64,000 bases of DNA from an uncultured Phycisphaerales bacterium (GCA_963976955.1 CAXBMD010000003.1:147464-211463); one strand, 5' to 3'. Numbered from the stretch's first letter, positions 30,705 through 40,563 are shown. The notes: generated by a model from the sequence alone, not told the origin. A program made the numbers and translations.

Positions 30705-31742
30705 ATGCTTGAAACCCTCAATGAGATCGAAACCACCGCACTGAACGACCTGGGTGCCATCAATGACGCTCCGGGTCTTGAATCTTGGCGGATTACCTAC
30801 ATCGGCACCAAGGGGCGTATGCGGGCCGTGATGCCCATGATGAAGGATGTTCCCAAGGACCAGAAGGGACCGGTCGGGAAGCGTCTCAATGAGGTGAAGA
30901 CCGCGCTGGAAGCCGCGTTTGAAACCAAGCAGGCGTCGCTCGGTGACTCGGGTGTGTCGGCGCCGTCTGGGCCGATGATCGACATGACCGAGCCTGGGTT
31001 GGTGGAATCGAGCCATGTGGGTCGTCGTCACATCATCTCGCGGGTCCGCGATGAGCTTGTTGAGATCTACGCTCGCATGGGATTCGATGTCGCTCAGGGT
31101 CCTGAACTCGAGGACGACGAGCACAACTTCATCAAGCTCAATATCCCTCCTGCGCACCCGGCGCGCGATCCGATCGACAACTTCTACATTGATAATCCCA
31201 ACGAGGTGGAGACGCCTCGGATGCTGCGGTCTCAGACCTCGACGGTGCAGATCCGGACGATGTCCAAGATGGTCGCAGAGGGCAAAGAGCCACCGATCAA
31301 GATCGTCTCACCGGGGCGGGTGTACCGTCCGGACACGGTGGATGCGACGCACTCGTTCATGTTCCACCAGATCGAGGGTCTGTATGTCGATCGCGGCGTT
31401 TCGATGGCGGACTTGAAGACGACGCTCCTGCAGTTCGCGCACGCGTACTTCGGGGATGATGCGGAGATTCGGCTCCGTCCGAGCTTCTTCCCGTTCACCG
31501 AACCCAGCGCGGAGTTTGACATGATGATCGCGCTCAAGCCGGGGGAAGACCCGAAATGGATCGAGCTTGGTGGGTGCGGGATGGTCGATCCGAATGTACT
31601 GAAAGCATGTGGCCTGGATCCCGAAGAATGGTCCGGATTCGCGTTCGGTTTTGGGATCGAACGCATCGCGATGGGCAAGTACGGCATCCCGGATATCCGG
31701 ATGCTCTTTGAGAACGATGTCCGCTTCCTCCAGCGGGTCTAG
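30705..31742 (+). CDS. pheS: Phenylalanine--tRNA ligase alpha subunit
   Basis: Class II aaRS motifs are present: HPARD, FRPSFFPFTEPS and GFAFGFGIERIAM. Confidence 0.95.
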   Translation: MLETLNEIETTALNDLGAINDAPGLESWRITYIGTKGRMRAVMPMMKDVPKDQKGPVGKRLNEVKTALEAAFETKQASLGDSGVSAPSGPMIDMTEPGLVESSHVGRRHIISRVRDELVEIYARMGFDVAQGPELEDDEHNFIKLNIPPAHPARDPIDNFYIDNPNEVETPRMLRSQTSTVQIRTMSKMVAEGKEPPIKIVSPGRVYRPDTVDATHSFMFHQIEGLYVDRGVSMADLKTTLLQFAHAYFGDDAEIRLRPSFFPFTEPSAEFDMMIALKPGEDPKWIELGGCGMVDPNVLKACGLDPEEWSGFAFGFGIERIAMGKYGIPDIRMLFENDVRFLQRV

Positions 31743-31778
31743 TTGCTCGGATAAATCACAACAGAAGGGGTCTCCGCA

Positions 31779-32384
31779 ATGAACGATCAACTCACCGAAC
31801 CAATCGATTCCCACGACGAGGACCTGTTCGCGGGACCCGCACCGGCGTGGCCCAAATGGATCGGCGGGTTTGCGATCGGCTGGGGCGGACTGATGCTGAC
31901 CTGCACCGGGATTATGAGTGCGTACATCCTGTATCTTCCCAAGATGATGGAACCGATGCTGGAAGGTGCTCCGCTACCCGAAGCAATGCAGTTGGGGCTG
32001 TTGGACTGGTCACTGATGGCGGTAGGCATACTGGCTTTATTGCTCCTAATCGTGGGGGGCGTGTTGTGTGTGATGCGGAATCCGTTGAGTCGAGTCTTGA
32101 TCCTGATCTGGGGAATTTCCTCGATTCCGTTTTCGCTGGTGAACTATGTTCGTCAGATGGATGCACAGGAATCGATGCGGGCGTGGGCGCAACAGTATCC
32201 TGACAACACGATCGCTCAAAACATGACGGCTGGCGGTCAGTCTGCACAGCAGATCGGCGAGGTCGTCGGGCTTGCGATGACCATCGTCCTCGGGATCATC
32301 GTCCCGGCATTCTTTGTGGTCTGGTTCGGCTTCATCAAAACCAAACCCGCACAGATGCTCGGGGCCGAAGAAGAAATCATCTAA
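31779..32384 (+). CDS. Hypothetical membrane protein (about 4 TM segments)
   Basis: Four hydrophobic segments are visible. There are no recognisable motifs. Confidence 0.6.
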   Translation: MNDQLTEPIDSHDEDLFAGPAPAWPKWIGGFAIGWGGLMLTCTGIMSAYILYLPKMMEPMLEGAPLPEAMQLGLLDWSLMAVGILALLLLIVGGVLCVMRNPLSRVLILIWGISSIPFSLVNYVRQMDAQESMRAWAQQYPDNTIAQNMTAGGQSAQQIGEVVGLAMTIVLGIIVPAFFVVWFGFIKTKPAQMLGAEEEII

Positions 32385-32484
32385 CGGGATTGCCTTCACA
32401 ATTCCGATCTGATCTCTAGCGACCTTTGCCGAGTTGAGGCAGATGGGCGGTGGCTTTGGTATCATCTTGGGTAAGGAGACCTGT

Positions 32485-33675
32485 ATGTCGGTGGTTCGTA
32501 TCCTCATCGCGTTGTGCGTGCTTACGGTGTCGGGTTGTGTCCTTACGGGGCAGGGGAGACTTGACGATTCGCCGCAGATCATGCCGACCGAGCATGGGTT
32601 GTGGATCACGCGCTGGGACTATCAATCGCCGGAGGGTGTGCGGAAAGCGATCGCGGACGCTGCGGCAATCGGGATGACGGATATCTACTGGCAGGTCCGT
32701 GGGCAAGCGGACGCGTACTACCCATCGAAGCTTGAGCCTTGGGGGTTTGAGTTGCTCAAGTACAACCCGAACCCGCCGAGCTTTGATCCATTGGAAATAG
32801 CGGTGCGTGAAAGCAAAGCACGGAAGATGAAGATCCACGCGTGGATCAATGTGATGCCGATGTGGAAGGGGAAGGACGCACCGAGGGATCGGTCGCATAT
32901 GTTCAACGCCCATCCAGAGTGGCGGCTCCGCGATCAGGACGGCAACATGCAGCGACTGCAGGAGGGGTATGTCGTCGTCAACCCGGTGCTTGATGCGGTG
33001 CAGGACCACATCGTCGCGGTCATTCGCGAGATCGTGGACAACTACGACATTGATGGCGTGCATCTGGATTACATCCGGTACCTCGCTGACGAGATTGGTG
33101 CGGATCAGTTGATGCCTGGGGATCCGATCAGCCGAGCGTTGTACGCGAAGCAGACTACATCCAGCGATGTTCCTTCGCAGATCGACCGCACGAAATACAG
33201 ACGCTGGATCAGTTCGCGGATCGATCATCTGGTTGAGCGGATTGATACTGAATCGATCCGTTCCAAGCGGGGCGTGCGATTGAGCGCTGCGGTCTGGAGA
33301 CGGCCGGACATCGCGAGCGATCGGTACTTGCAGAATGCGGTCAAGTGGGTCGACGATGGGCACATGGATGCGGTGATGCCGATGATTTACACCGACAAGA
33401 ACGAGCAGTACCAGTCCGATCTCGCGGCGTGGCAAGGCGTGGTGAAGCAGGACAAGGTCATACCCGGGATCGGTGCGTACAAGCACACCAACCCGGCACA
33501 GACCTCGTACCAGGTTGCGATCGGTGATCCCAAGCGGTTTGCGATCTTTGCGTATTCGACGATCTTCGAGTCACCGAATCCAGAACAGAAGAAGGACGCG
33601 GCGTCTGTTCTTGAGCGGAAGCACAAACGCGAGGCGCTCGCGGATGTGATCAAACGGGTGGGGTCTTCAGGATGA
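32485..33675 (+). CDS. GHL10-type (glycosyl-hydrolase-like family 10, YngK-like) lipoprotein
   Basis: The lipobox LTVSGC follows an ATG at 32485 with SD AAGGAG. WITRWDY...YWQVRG.ADAYYPS..EPW and DGVHLDYIRY resemble the GHL10 family. Confidence 0.7.
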   Translation: MSVVRILIALCVLTVSGCVLTGQGRLDDSPQIMPTEHGLWITRWDYQSPEGVRKAIADAAAIGMTDIYWQVRGQADAYYPSKLEPWGFELLKYNPNPPSFDPLEIAVRESKARKMKIHAWINVMPMWKGKDAPRDRSHMFNAHPEWRLRDQDGNMQRLQEGYVVVNPVLDAVQDHIVAVIREIVDNYDIDGVHLDYIRYLADEIGADQLMPGDPISRALYAKQTTSSDVPSQIDRTKYRRWISSRIDHLVERIDTESIRSKRGVRLSAAVWRRPDIASDRYLQNAVKWVDDGHMDAVMPMIYTDKNEQYQSDLAAWQGVVKQDKVIPGIGAYKHTNPAQTSYQVAIGDPKRFAIFAYSTIFESPNPEQKKDAASVLERKHKREALADVIKRVGSSG

Positions 33676-34526
33676 CTGCGCTGGGGATCGACATCGGGGG
33701 GTCTTCGGTCAAAGCCGCGGCGATGGACAGTGGGGGGCATTGGAAGGTTGCGAGCAGCGATCCATACACCAGTGCAGATCGAGCGGGAATCCAAGCTGCG
33801 ATTCGTTCGTGCATAAATGCACTGGAAGTGTCCAAGCCCGCATCGGTCGGGCTGTGTCTCCCGGGACGGATGAACCCAGAGCAATCAGCAATCGAGTTCT
33901 CCGTCAATCTTCCGGTCCTCAACAGCTGGCGATTTGAGGACTTGATTGGATCAGTGCTGGATGGATCTCCTGATCGGTTGCGGGTTGTGTCCGATGCCGC
34001 CGCGGCCGGGTATGACTTTGCAACGCATGCTCCAATCGAAGGACGAACCGCGGGGATCTCGATCGGGACGGGTGTCGGGTTGTGCGTACTCGATAGGGAT
34101 GCGATGGTTTCGATTGGAAACAAAGGCATCGGTCATCTCGGCTTGATGGACATGGGGCGGATCGGGAACGCCGACCGTGTTGATCCATGCGGTGCGGTGA
34201 ACACGCTGGAATCCTTTGTTGGTGCGGCGTCGCTTGAGTCTTGGATGGGGGATTCGGGATTGAATCTCGATTCGCTCACGGCAACGGAGCCGCCGATGGT
34301 TGCTCTTGTGCGTGCGCTGCGTGTGGTACATGCGATCTATTTGCCGGAGCGGATCGCGTTGCTTGGTGGGGTCGGGTTGGCGCTTCGATCACAGCTTCAG
34401 ACGATCAAGACACTTGTCGATGACGGCTTGACTCCACTTGCGTGTCAAGGATGGACAATCGATTCGGGAACCACAACACACCACGCGGCTCGCGGAGCCG
34501 CAAAGCTCGGGGCTCAATCGGATTGA
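33672..34526 (+). CDS. ROK/ASKHA-family sugar kinase-like protein
   Basis: An N-terminal phosphate-1 motif LGIDIGGSSVK and GISIGTGVG are present. The start overlaps the upstream gene by 4 nt. Confidence 0.65.
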   Translation: MTALGIDIGGSSVKAAAMDSGGHWKVASSDPYTSADRAGIQAAIRSCINALEVSKPASVGLCLPGRMNPEQSAIEFSVNLPVLNSWRFEDLIGSVLDGSPDRLRVVSDAAAAGYDFATHAPIEGRTAGISIGTGVGLCVLDRDAMVSIGNKGIGHLGLMDMGRIGNADRVDPCGAVNTLESFVGAASLESWMGDSGLNLDSLTATEPPMVALVRALRVVHAIYLPERIALLGGVGLALRSQLQTIKTLVDDGLTPLACQGWTIDSGTTTHHAARGAAKLGAQSD

Positions 34527-36127
34527 CTCAGCAGTCTCGATTTGCCGAGCATGCAGACTGCGGAAGAGATCAATACGCCCAGCGTGAGTTTCCATGTGTG
34601 GTGGATTGACGCGTAGGTGTTTAGGAATGACTCAGGCTGATCGTGATCGGTCAGTGTTGCGAGCAAGAAGGGCTGCGAGCCGAGCATCCACAGGAATCCG
34701 ATGATCAACGCGGCGATCGCGCTCAGGTCGTTACCCCGTCTGGTGAAGATCGCGGTGAAGAACACCCCGACGAGTCCCGCGTAGGCGAACCCCATGACAC
34801 TGAGCGCGAAGTCGATCAGCGTGTACCCGTTCGCGTCTTTCCAGTAGATGCACACGCATGCGAACCCTCCAAGCACAACACCCGCGACGATGACGGAGAT
34901 ACGCCCGAACTTCACATAATGCTTCTCTTCACGATTGGGAACCAGCGGTCTGTACAAGTCAGCGATAAACGCGGCACCCATCGCGTTGATCGCGCTGTTC
35001 ATGCTTGAGAGTCCCGCGGCAAAGAGTCCCGCCATCATCAAGCCGCGGAATCCCGGTGGGACCTGCGTGAGGATGTATTCCAAGAACACTCGGAGGTTGT
35101 TGCCATCGTCGCTGACGCGGGCGATGGGTTCACTCGTCAACTCCGGATGCTGATACGCGATCCAGAGCATCAATCCAACCGTGAGGAAGATCGCAACGGT
35201 GGGGACCCCGAGGATGATCCCCATGATGACGGATCGGGCACCGGACTTTGCGTCTTTGCAGGTGAGCATGCGTTGTGCGAGGTCTTGGTCGGTGCCGTAG
35301 GAACCGATCCCGAGGAGTGTGTATCCGATGAGGCACGCGGGAATCGCGAATGGATGCGTGAGATCGAACGACCAGTCGAAAGCGGTGAGCTTGGAACCGA
35401 GCGGCATACCCGATTCGTCTACTGGATTTCTGAGTGTGTCGAGGACTTCGCTCATCGGTGCGTTGATGGTTTGTCCGATCAGCACGATCGCCGCGATCGC
35501 GGCGCCGATGAGAACGATGTACTGCAACACATCCGACCAGATGACCGAGGAGATCCCGCCCCAGAGCGTGTACACGATTGCGACGATGGAGAGTGCTCCG
35601 ATCGACATGATGAGGGCGTCGGGTTCGAGTCCTCGATCGATCCCGAAGATGACCATCGAGAGCGGGATCGCCGCGGCAAAGACGCGCGCGCCAGACGCGA
35701 GCACTCGTCCGATCAGGAATGCGATCGACGCTGCTTTCCGAGTACGGATCCCGATCCGTCGCTCGAGGAACTCGTAGATCGACGCGCTCTGTGTTTGGTA
35801 GAAGCGGGGGATGAAGTAGAACGCGATGATGAGTGCCGCGAGGACCATCCCGATGTTGGTCGCGAGGTAAGTGAGGTTCCCGCCGAAGGAGAGTTCGGGT
35901 GCGCCGATGAAGGTCGCGGCGGAGAGGGAGGTGGCAACGATTGAGATCGCGACCGCCCACACGGGCATCTTTCGACCACCAAGAAAGTAGTCCGAGGCAT
36001 CCCGCTGCTCCCGTCGAGCGAACCACATGCCTGTGAGGCCGAGGATGGCGAAATACCCCCCGAGCACAGCCCAGTCCGTCGCCCCAAAGCCCCCTTGTAT
36101 TTGACCGATCTGCAATGCGTGCTCCAT
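34514..36127 (-). CDS. Sodium:solute symporter (SSS) family transporter
   Basis: The protein has about 13 TM segments and SDYFLGGRKMP near the N-terminus. The ATG at 36127 (MEHALQ) is preferred to the TTG at 36187. Confidence 0.85.
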   Translation of the reverse strand: MEHALQIGQIQGGFGATDWAVLGGYFAILGLTGMWFARREQRDASDYFLGGRKMPVWAVAISIVATSLSAATFIGAPELSFGGNLTYLATNIGMVLAALIIAFYFIPRFYQTQSASIYEFLERRIGIRTRKAASIAFLIGRVLASGARVFAAAIPLSMVIFGIDRGLEPDALIMSIGALSIVAIVYTLWGGISSVIWSDVLQYIVLIGAAIAAIVLIGQTINAPMSEVLDTLRNPVDESGMPLGSKLTAFDWSFDLTHPFAIPACLIGYTLLGIGSYGTDQDLAQRMLTCKDAKSGARSVIMGIILGVPTVAIFLTVGLMLWIAYQHPELTSEPIARVSDDGNNLRVFLEYILTQVPPGFRGLMMAGLFAAGLSSMNSAINAMGAAFIADLYRPLVPNREEKHYVKFGRISVIVAGVVLGGFACVCIYWKDANGYTLIDFALSVMGFAYAGLVGVFFTAIFTRRGNDLSAIAALIIGFLWMLGSQPFLLATLTDHDQPESFLNTYASIHHTWKLTLGVLISSAVCMLGKSRLLSQSD

Positions 36128-36228
36128 ACCCAGTTGTCGACATCCAGGCGGCACAGACACCAAAAACTCCCCCTGAGCGTCGCTCAACGCCTGTGGCGAG
36201 GTCTATAGTCATGCTCAGTTTTTCCACT

Positions 36229-36315
36229 GGAGCGGTGGCAGAGCGGTTGAATGCGCCGGATTCGAAATCCGGTTCGGCTTTCGGGTCGACGGGGGTTCGA
36301 ATCCCCCCTGCTCCG
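36229..36315 (+). tRNA. tRNA-Ser (anticodon CGA), class II with a long variable arm
   Basis: The sequence folds by hand. The acceptor is GGAGCGG/CTGCTCC (one G-U pair). The anticodon stem is CCGGA/TCCGG with loop TTCGAAA. The variable arm is TTCGGCTTTCGGGTCGAC. The T arm is GGGGG-TTCGAAT-CCCCC. No CCA is encoded. Confidence 0.9.
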
Positions 36316-36333
36316 TTGACTTCAAAGGTATAC

Positions 36334-36363
36334 GAAACGGCGTCCCTGATAAGACGCCGTTTC
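36334..36363 (+). terminator. 11-bp hairpin immediately after tRNA-Ser
   Basis: GAAACGGCGTC-(8 nt)-GACGCCGTTTC is followed by GCCCGTTTT. Confidence 0.45.
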
Positions 36364-36498
36364 GCCCGTTTTGGAGCGAGCTACGCGGTTCGGCGCGTCT
36401 CCGAGATTTCCCACTCTGACCATATCAGCCAATATTCGTCCAAGTTGCCGCGAGTGTCTCTCGTGGCGATGTTAGGGATGTCCCCATGTACAGTTTCA

Positions 36499-36660
36499 GT
36501 TCCCTGTTCGAGGGGTATTAACAGGGACTCTGAGCAAAATCAGGGAGCAAAGCGTCACTCATCCCCGAGATGACCCCCATTCATCGCATGGGAAAGGCAT
36601 CAATTGGCGTGGAATGTCCGGATTTCCCTGCGCGAGCGAACAGGGAATGAGCAGGGAATC
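36499..36660. repeat. Cluster of CAGGGA/TCCCTG motifs forming two imperfect palindromes next to the recombinase 3' end
   Basis: TCCCTG occurs at 36501 and 36625; CAGGGA occurs at 36522, 36541, 36641 and 36652. The palindromes are AGTTCCCTGTT..AACAGGGACT and ATTTCCCTG..CAGGGAAT. Confidence 0.6.
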
Positions 36661-36670
36661 GGCTCGTCGA

Positions 36671-38395
36671 TTACGCCGTTTGGAGATGGCGGGGCGCGGC
36701 GTTGATCCCGAGTTCAGCGGCTTGCCGATCCCAATCGAGTTGCTTGGATGCGGTGAGCAGATCATCGAGCGTGATGCTGCTGGGGAGTGTCCCGGAGAGG
36801 ACATACCTCAGGACTTCTGGGCTGAGTTGAGTCAGCGGGAGCAACTGTAAAATTCGCGAGCGAGCGATGCCCTGCTCCTTGGCGAAGACTCGGATCTGGA
36901 GTCCAGACTTGATGAGTGCATCGTGCCATCGATACGCCAGACCGATCGCCTCGACGAAGTGTTGTCTAGCCTCGGGCTTCGACGGGATGATCAGGTCATG
37001 GCCATCGGGGCAGAGGAGCAACCGTCGACCATCGAGCTTCTTGATCTGGAGTTGAAGCTTCAGCAGCATGTGCTCGCCACGGTCATCGACCTCGGGCGAT
37101 CGCAAGCAGACGGGGCGAGATGGCATCTCTTTCGATTGTGCTCTGAAGGTGTGACGATGGAGCTGTTCGATCTTCTTGGTCTCAAGCTGGACCGCGATGG
37201 AGTTGGGCGCAAGCGTGACCTCGTGGATGGCTTTCCGGATCCAGCGGTCCCGGACTTCCGTGGACTGCTGATCGAGATCGTGGTGGTCGAGATGTCCAAG
37301 GACCAGCCCTCGGACAAGCTCATCAAGGTGCTCCGCATTGATAGTTTTGATCGGGCAGTTCTTGAAGCCGTGCTTGATCGCCTTCTGGCTGATGTAGTAC
37401 CGCACGAGCCGTTTCTGTTTGGTCTCGTTCTTCTTGGTCAGTGGTCGTTGCGTGGAGGTCGGACTCATCGCGAATCCATCGCTCGTGCGCAGCTTCCCCT
37501 TGAGCAGGTGCGGGTGCGTCCATCGGTGCAGGTTCTTGCGGTCCTGCTTGGTCATCAGATCCTGCGCGGTGTCCCATGTCGCCTGATCGATGATGGCTTC
37601 ATGCAGCCCTTCGTAGATCTCGGTGTGGTCACCACGGGTGTGCGTGATCTTGCCGATGTACAGCATGTTGGTCAGCACGCTGTGGATGTATTTCTGGGAG
37701 AGCGGTTTGCCGCCGTGAACAGTTCCGTTCTTGCTCGTCCATTGTTTCGTCGTATGACCGGCTTCGTTGAGTTCGTTGGCGACGGCAACCGGTGAAGACA
37801 ACTCGATGTATCGATCAAAGATCGTGCGAACGAGATCCGCCTGCTCGGGGATGATGAAGAGGCCCTTGGTTTCCTCGCCCGTCTGGAGCCGGTATCCCAG
37901 CGGGGGTTGACCACCCACCCAGTATCCCTTCTTCTTGGTCGCCGCGAGCTTGTCACGGATGCGCTCACCCGAGACCTCTCGCTCGAACTGGGCGAAGCTC
38001 AGCAGCATGTTGAGTGTCAACCGGCCCATCGAGGTCGTCGTGTTGAACTGCTGCGTCACCGACACAAACGAAACCTGTTTCTCGTCAAAGACCTCCATCA
38101 TCCGCGCGAAGTCACTGAGCGAGCGGCTCAGCCGATCGACTTTATAAACAACCACCACATCGATGCGTCCCCGGTCGATGTTATCAAGCAACCGCTGGAG
38201 CCCCGGCCGTTTCATCGTGCCACCCGAGAAACCGCCGTCGTTGTACTCCTCTTCGACCAGCTGCCAGCCCTCGTGTTTCTGGCTCTTGATGTAATCGATG
38301 CCCGCTTCGCGCTGGGCATCGAGTGAGTTGAAGGCCATGTCGAGTCCTTCCTCGTTGGATTTCCGGGTGTAGATCGCGCAGCGGGTGGTCTTCAT
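36671..38395 (-). CDS. Large serine recombinase (resolvase N-domain, recombinase domain and zinc-ribbon/coiled-coil C-terminus)
   Basis: The start MKTTRCAIYTRKSNEEGLDMAFNSLDAQR carries the catalytic Ser context YTRKS. VVYKVDRLSRS is present, and the protein is 574 aa. The start at 38395 has SD AAGGAG. The 703-aa ORF-track version is rejected because it overlaps the DUF2924 gene. Confidence 0.9.
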   Translation of the reverse strand: MKTTRCAIYTRKSNEEGLDMAFNSLDAQREAGIDYIKSQKHEGWQLVEEEYNDGGFSGGTMKRPGLQRLLDNIDRGRIDVVVVYKVDRLSRSLSDFARMMEVFDEKQVSFVSVTQQFNTTTSMGRLTLNMLLSFAQFEREVSGERIRDKLAATKKKGYWVGGQPPLGYRLQTGEETKGLFIIPEQADLVRTIFDRYIELSSPVAVANELNEAGHTTKQWTSKNGTVHGGKPLSQKYIHSVLTNMLYIGKITHTRGDHTEIYEGLHEAIIDQATWDTAQDLMTKQDRKNLHRWTHPHLLKGKLRTSDGFAMSPTSTQRPLTKKNETKQKRLVRYYISQKAIKHGFKNCPIKTINAEHLDELVRGLVLGHLDHHDLDQQSTEVRDRWIRKAIHEVTLAPNSIAVQLETKKIEQLHRHTFRAQSKEMPSRPVCLRSPEVDDRGEHMLLKLQLQIKKLDGRRLLLCPDGHDLIIPSKPEARQHFVEAIGLAYRWHDALIKSGLQIRVFAKEQGIARSRILQLLPLTQLSPEVLRYVLSGTLPSSITLDDLLTASKQLDWDRQAAELGINAAPRHLQTA

Positions 38396-38405
38396 GGTGT
38401 ACTCC

Positions 38406-38861
38406 TTACGATGCCTGCTTGAGTTTCTTGAGGCCGAAGAATCGAGGACCGGACCAGCGTGCGCCGGTAATCTCGCGGGCGATCTCGGACAAGCTGGCAA
38501 ACTCGGTTTCCCGGTAGCGGAAGCGCTTACCGTCTTCGATGACCGTGACCTCGTGGTGATGTCCCCTCCATGTGCGAACGAGCGTCGTCCCCTCGGCGAG
38601 CTGGACAGGGTCCCGCTGCTTCCGCTGTGTAGCGACGACTTGCTTGGATGCCGGAGTTGGCGCGTTGCGGATCGCGGCCTTGAGCAGGCGGCGTGTGCCC
38701 GCGTCGAGTCCGCCGTGGGTGTGTTTCTGCAAGTGCCATGAGATACCCCGGACCAATGCCTGCTTGAAGTGAGGTGGATCACCCCGGATGCCCAGACTCG
38801 CCCATTCCTGTTGGAGCCGGGTTGTGGTGAAACTTGTGAGGGTTTGGAGTTCGATGGTCAT
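38406..38861 (-). CDS. DUF2924-like protein (recombinase-associated)
   Basis: The C-terminal FASLSEIAREITGARWSGPRFFGL matches my recollection of the DUF2924 signature, which is usually encoded just upstream of large serine recombinases. The stop lies 10 nt before the recombinase start. Confidence 0.7.
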   Translation of the reverse strand: MTIELQTLTSFTTTRLQQEWASLGIRGDPPHFKQALVRGISWHLQKHTHGGLDAGTRRLLKAAIRNAPTPASKQVVATQRKQRDPVQLAEGTTLVRTWRGHHHEVTVIEDGKRFRYRETEFASLSEIAREITGARWSGPRFFGLKKLKQAS

Positions 38862-39098
38862 GCGGGTCTCGTGGTCAAGCCCCTGTCGCCGACCCAGGGA
38901 TCCGCGCACACCGATCGCGCCGCTCAGGTATTGAGAGGGATCGTTGACCCGTGTGCTTGGGTTTCTGGGGCCGGCATCAAGGAGCCGGTCGGGGTGCTGC
39001 GGGAGTCTCCCGCGGTGTGACACATGAAGCCATGGATTGGGAGAGATTGCAAGTCCAAAGGGCCTAGATTCTCGACAAATATGGAAGTCTTTGGAAAA

Positions 39099-40178
39099 TC
39101 AGCCCATCAGGTGCGAAGTGCGCTCACCACCATGCTTATTCACCCACTCTTCAGTACTGAGCCTCGGCGGCGGTCCCGGACGAATGCATGTTCGCTCACC
39201 GAAGATACGGTCAAGCACATAGTGTTCCTCGGGCACCTGCGCAAAGAACACGCAGCTCCGCTTGCATTCCTCTTCGGTCGCGTCGGGATGGGGTGCTCTA
39301 TGGAATGCTCCACCACGCCCCTCGCCCTGCCCGGCGGCGTATGGCTGCTGCTGGTACTGGGACATGAACGCGCGAGCACCCATCCGCTCCATGGCCGCGC
39401 GGAGTTGCTCCCGATCTTCACGCGCCGGATGGAGGGCCTCGCCTTTCTTTCTCGCGAGTTGTCCGCTGATCGACGCGGGGAGGTATTCGTCCTCGGTGGC
39501 AATCGCCGCTAAGCTCAGCACCTCCCAGTCTTCTTGTTTGAGCAGATGCGCCGTGAGATCGTCATCGGCGAGCCGCTGCATGGCCACGATGATCACGCCG
39601 TCGTGCTTGCTGTCCAGACGCTGGTAGATGTTCCGGTCAAACCAGTTGTGAATCGAGATGGTCTTCTGTGGATCGTCCGCTTCGTGGGCCGACTGCGGGT
39701 CATCGATGATGATGAAGTCTGCACCCCTGCCCGTAATAGCCCCCGACGGTGTGAATCCCGCACGAGAGCCGCCCTGCGCAAGCTTCAGGGTGCTGGTCGA
39801 TTCTTGCACACGCACATGCGGGAACAGCGACCGGTATCGTGGATGGTCCATCAGGTTCCGGGTCAGATCATGGTGCTCATTGACCAGCCCTCGGTGCCCG
39901 GCGACGCACATGATCTTGGACTCTGGTCGCACACCAAGCACCCAGGCAGGGAAGGCGATCGATGTGCAGATCGACTTGAGTGATCTCGGCGGCATGTTGA
40001 TGATGAGCCGCTTGGTCTCCCCGCGGTGGCACCGGGCCAGCGCCTCACCCAACACATCGATCGACCAGTTGTGCTGGTACTTGATATGCGGGTGCAACGC
40101 CCTGAACGCCAGCTGGAAGAACATCCGGGGCTCATACTGGTACATATGACGGATCGCTTTGGTTTCTGGGCTACTCAT
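39099..40178 (-). CDS. Terminase-large-subunit-like ATPase with a short or degenerate C-terminal (nuclease) region
   Basis: A Walker A-like MPPRSLKS and a Walker B DFIIIDDPQ are present. MSQYQQQP and HYVLD are typical of TerL-family proteins. At 359 aa it is shorter than the usual size of more than 420 aa. Confidence 0.6.
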   Translation of the reverse strand: MSSPETKAIRHMYQYEPRMFFQLAFRALHPHIKYQHNWSIDVLGEALARCHRGETKRLIINMPPRSLKSICTSIAFPAWVLGVRPESKIMCVAGHRGLVNEHHDLTRNLMDHPRYRSLFPHVRVQESTSTLKLAQGGSRAGFTPSGAITGRGADFIIIDDPQSAHEADDPQKTISIHNWFDRNIYQRLDSKHDGVIIVAMQRLADDDLTAHLLKQEDWEVLSLAAIATEDEYLPASISGQLARKKGEALHPAREDREQLRAAMERMGARAFMSQYQQQPYAAGQGEGRGGAFHRAPHPDATEEECKRSCVFFAQVPEEHYVLDRIFGERTCIRPGPPPRLSTEEWVNKHGGERTSHLMG

Positions 40179-40563
40179 CAGTCGGCTCCTTTGTCTGATT
40201 CTCTTCTGCGGATCCTAACTGACGGGTCAGTTGTTCGAAGGCTTGACGATCTGCGGCGTCGGGTTGGAACCCCTCGACTGAGTGGTGCTTGGCAATAAAC
40301 GGAAGGGCCAACTTCGTGGCCCGCAGATCACCCTTGATCGCGTCGTTCATCAGTCTTTTGATGATCACTTCGCGTTTGGTGAGGGTCACCTGTCGCCCGC
40401 CCTCCGTGATCCGGAGTTCTTTGCTGAGCTCGATATCGATGAGCTTCTCGAAGTCTTTGATCTTCTTCGGTCGTCCGTTCGGGTTTCCTGATTGACCCGC
40501 TTTCCACTGTGTGTGCTTGGGTGGTTTCTGGTATCCGATTTCGTATTGGGGTTGATCATCCAT
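40171..40563 (-). CDS. DUF5681-like small protein
   Basis: The N-terminal GYQKPPKHTQWKAGQSGNPNGRPKK matches the motif I recall for DUF5681. The gene overlaps both neighbours by 8 nt. Confidence 0.6.
   Translation of the reverse strand: MDDQPQYEIGYQKPPKHTQWKAGQSGNPNGRPKKIKDFEKLIDIELSKELRITEGGRQVTLTKREVIIKRLMNDAIKGDLRATKLALPFIAKHHSVEGFQPDAADRQAFEQLTRQLGSAEENQTKEPTDE

Noticed and set aside
32416-33486. A 356-aa antisense ORF opposite the GHL10-like gene. Similar long shadow ORFs occur at 35130-36227, 35147-35944, 36923-37795, 10222-10854, 26267-27049, 20508-21215 and 11575-12321.
   Set aside because: They have Arg/Pro/His-rich, motif-free translations opposite or overlapping genes with clear homology. 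These are typical GC-rich shadow ORFs.
36671-38782. The 703-aa ORF-track version of the recombinase gene, with a 129-aa Arg/Ser-rich N-terminal extension.
   Set aside because: The extension overlaps the DUF2924-like gene in another frame and has no recombinase similarity. A canonical MKTTRCAIYTRKS start with a good SD exists at 38395.
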